A stretch of DNA of 64,000 nucleotides, from assembly GCA_004431415.1 (NCBI GenBank), contig QPMI01000099.1, forward strand, positions 227,591 to 291,590. The letters are read 5' to 3'. The notes under the pieces were generated by a model that was not told the DNA's origin, ran no database searches, and worked only from the letters and a program-made list of their open reading frames with translations. Below are positions 63,386-64,000 of this stretch, in pieces (positions within the stretch are counted from its first letter, which is position 1; each line of letters begins with the position of its first letter). The translations under genes and the position numbers were made by a program. The DNA is from Cyanophora paradoxa CCMP329 (lineage: Eukaryota; Plantae; Glaucophyta).

Positions 63386-63609
63386 CAGGGCAAAACGAAA
63401 TAATTTCGATCATGAAAATAATTCTATTTTCCATGAATGACCCCCCGAGCCGGCGCGCGAGGGGCCCGAGGGCTCAGGTCTTTTATATGTTTTGAGCCCA
63501 TGGGACACGCGCGAGGGGCTGCGCGAGGGGTCTTTTATATCATTTAGAATTAGATGTCGGCCAAAAATAGACCCGGCCGGGGGCCGGGACCGTAAAATAT
63601 TTTTAATTT

Positions 63610-63795
63610 AATTGCCACGTATAAAAACGTACCGGAATTGCCGAGTCGATAAATTGCCGAGGCCAGCTAGACAATTAAATTGAGACAATTGCCAAGTTCT
63701 TCTATGGCGTCCTAAGAGAATCCCTACCCCAAACAACATTGCCGTGTCGTTAAATTGCCGAATTCGGCGCGCGTATACGTCTCGGCAATTATTAA
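63610..63795. mobile_element. degenerate reverse copy of the CTGTAGG MITE family
   Basis: CCGGAATTGCCGAGTCGATAAATTGCCGA is the reverse complement of ~31641-31670; TIRs lost. Confidence 0.65.
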
Positions 63796-64000
63796 TTACT
63801 AAGTTAATTAATATTTGCGGCAAGTTGCCGGCAACTACGCGGCCTACGCCGGCCGTAATGCGGCCGCGGTACTACCGTACGCGTAGTACGTATACAGCCC
63901 GGCCGCGGCCCGCCGTATACGTACTACGTAGTAGTACGGTAGTACTACGTATACGCGGCGACCGCGGCGCCAGGCGCCGCCAGCTATAGCTATTAGCTAC

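Overview
GC-rich eukaryotic (algal/protist-type) nuclear DNA with short GT..AG introns and dense mobile-element content. Most listed ORFs are GC-driven shadow frames. Left (1-29 kb): a 5'-truncated intronless Ulp1-protease/Zn-finger ORF running off the window, two chimeric coiled-coil genes sharing a 5' cassette, a ~620-bp tandem array hit by three different insertions, a poly(A) retroposon (2 copies), an F-box/LRR gene and a Helentron-like (HINE) element. Middle (32-46 kb): a large spliced proteinase-K-like S8 subtilase gene with tandem Fn3-like exons, a second HINE and a CACTA element that splits an exon. Right (46-63 kb): a virus-like cluster with a divergent spliced histone H3 variant (H3-like tail, CenH3-like fold), a GIY-YIG nuclease inside inverted repeat arrays, a possible TFIIB-like remnant, a frameshifted AEP-primase/Zn-finger/UL9-type SF2 helicase fusion and RING-finger genes. 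Repeat copies also show a stereotyped mutation, XYZ -> XYZ+revcomp(XYZ)+XYZ (6-bp palindromic insertion), which looks like a transposon excision footprint. All domain calls are by-eye motif recognition; no database search was run.
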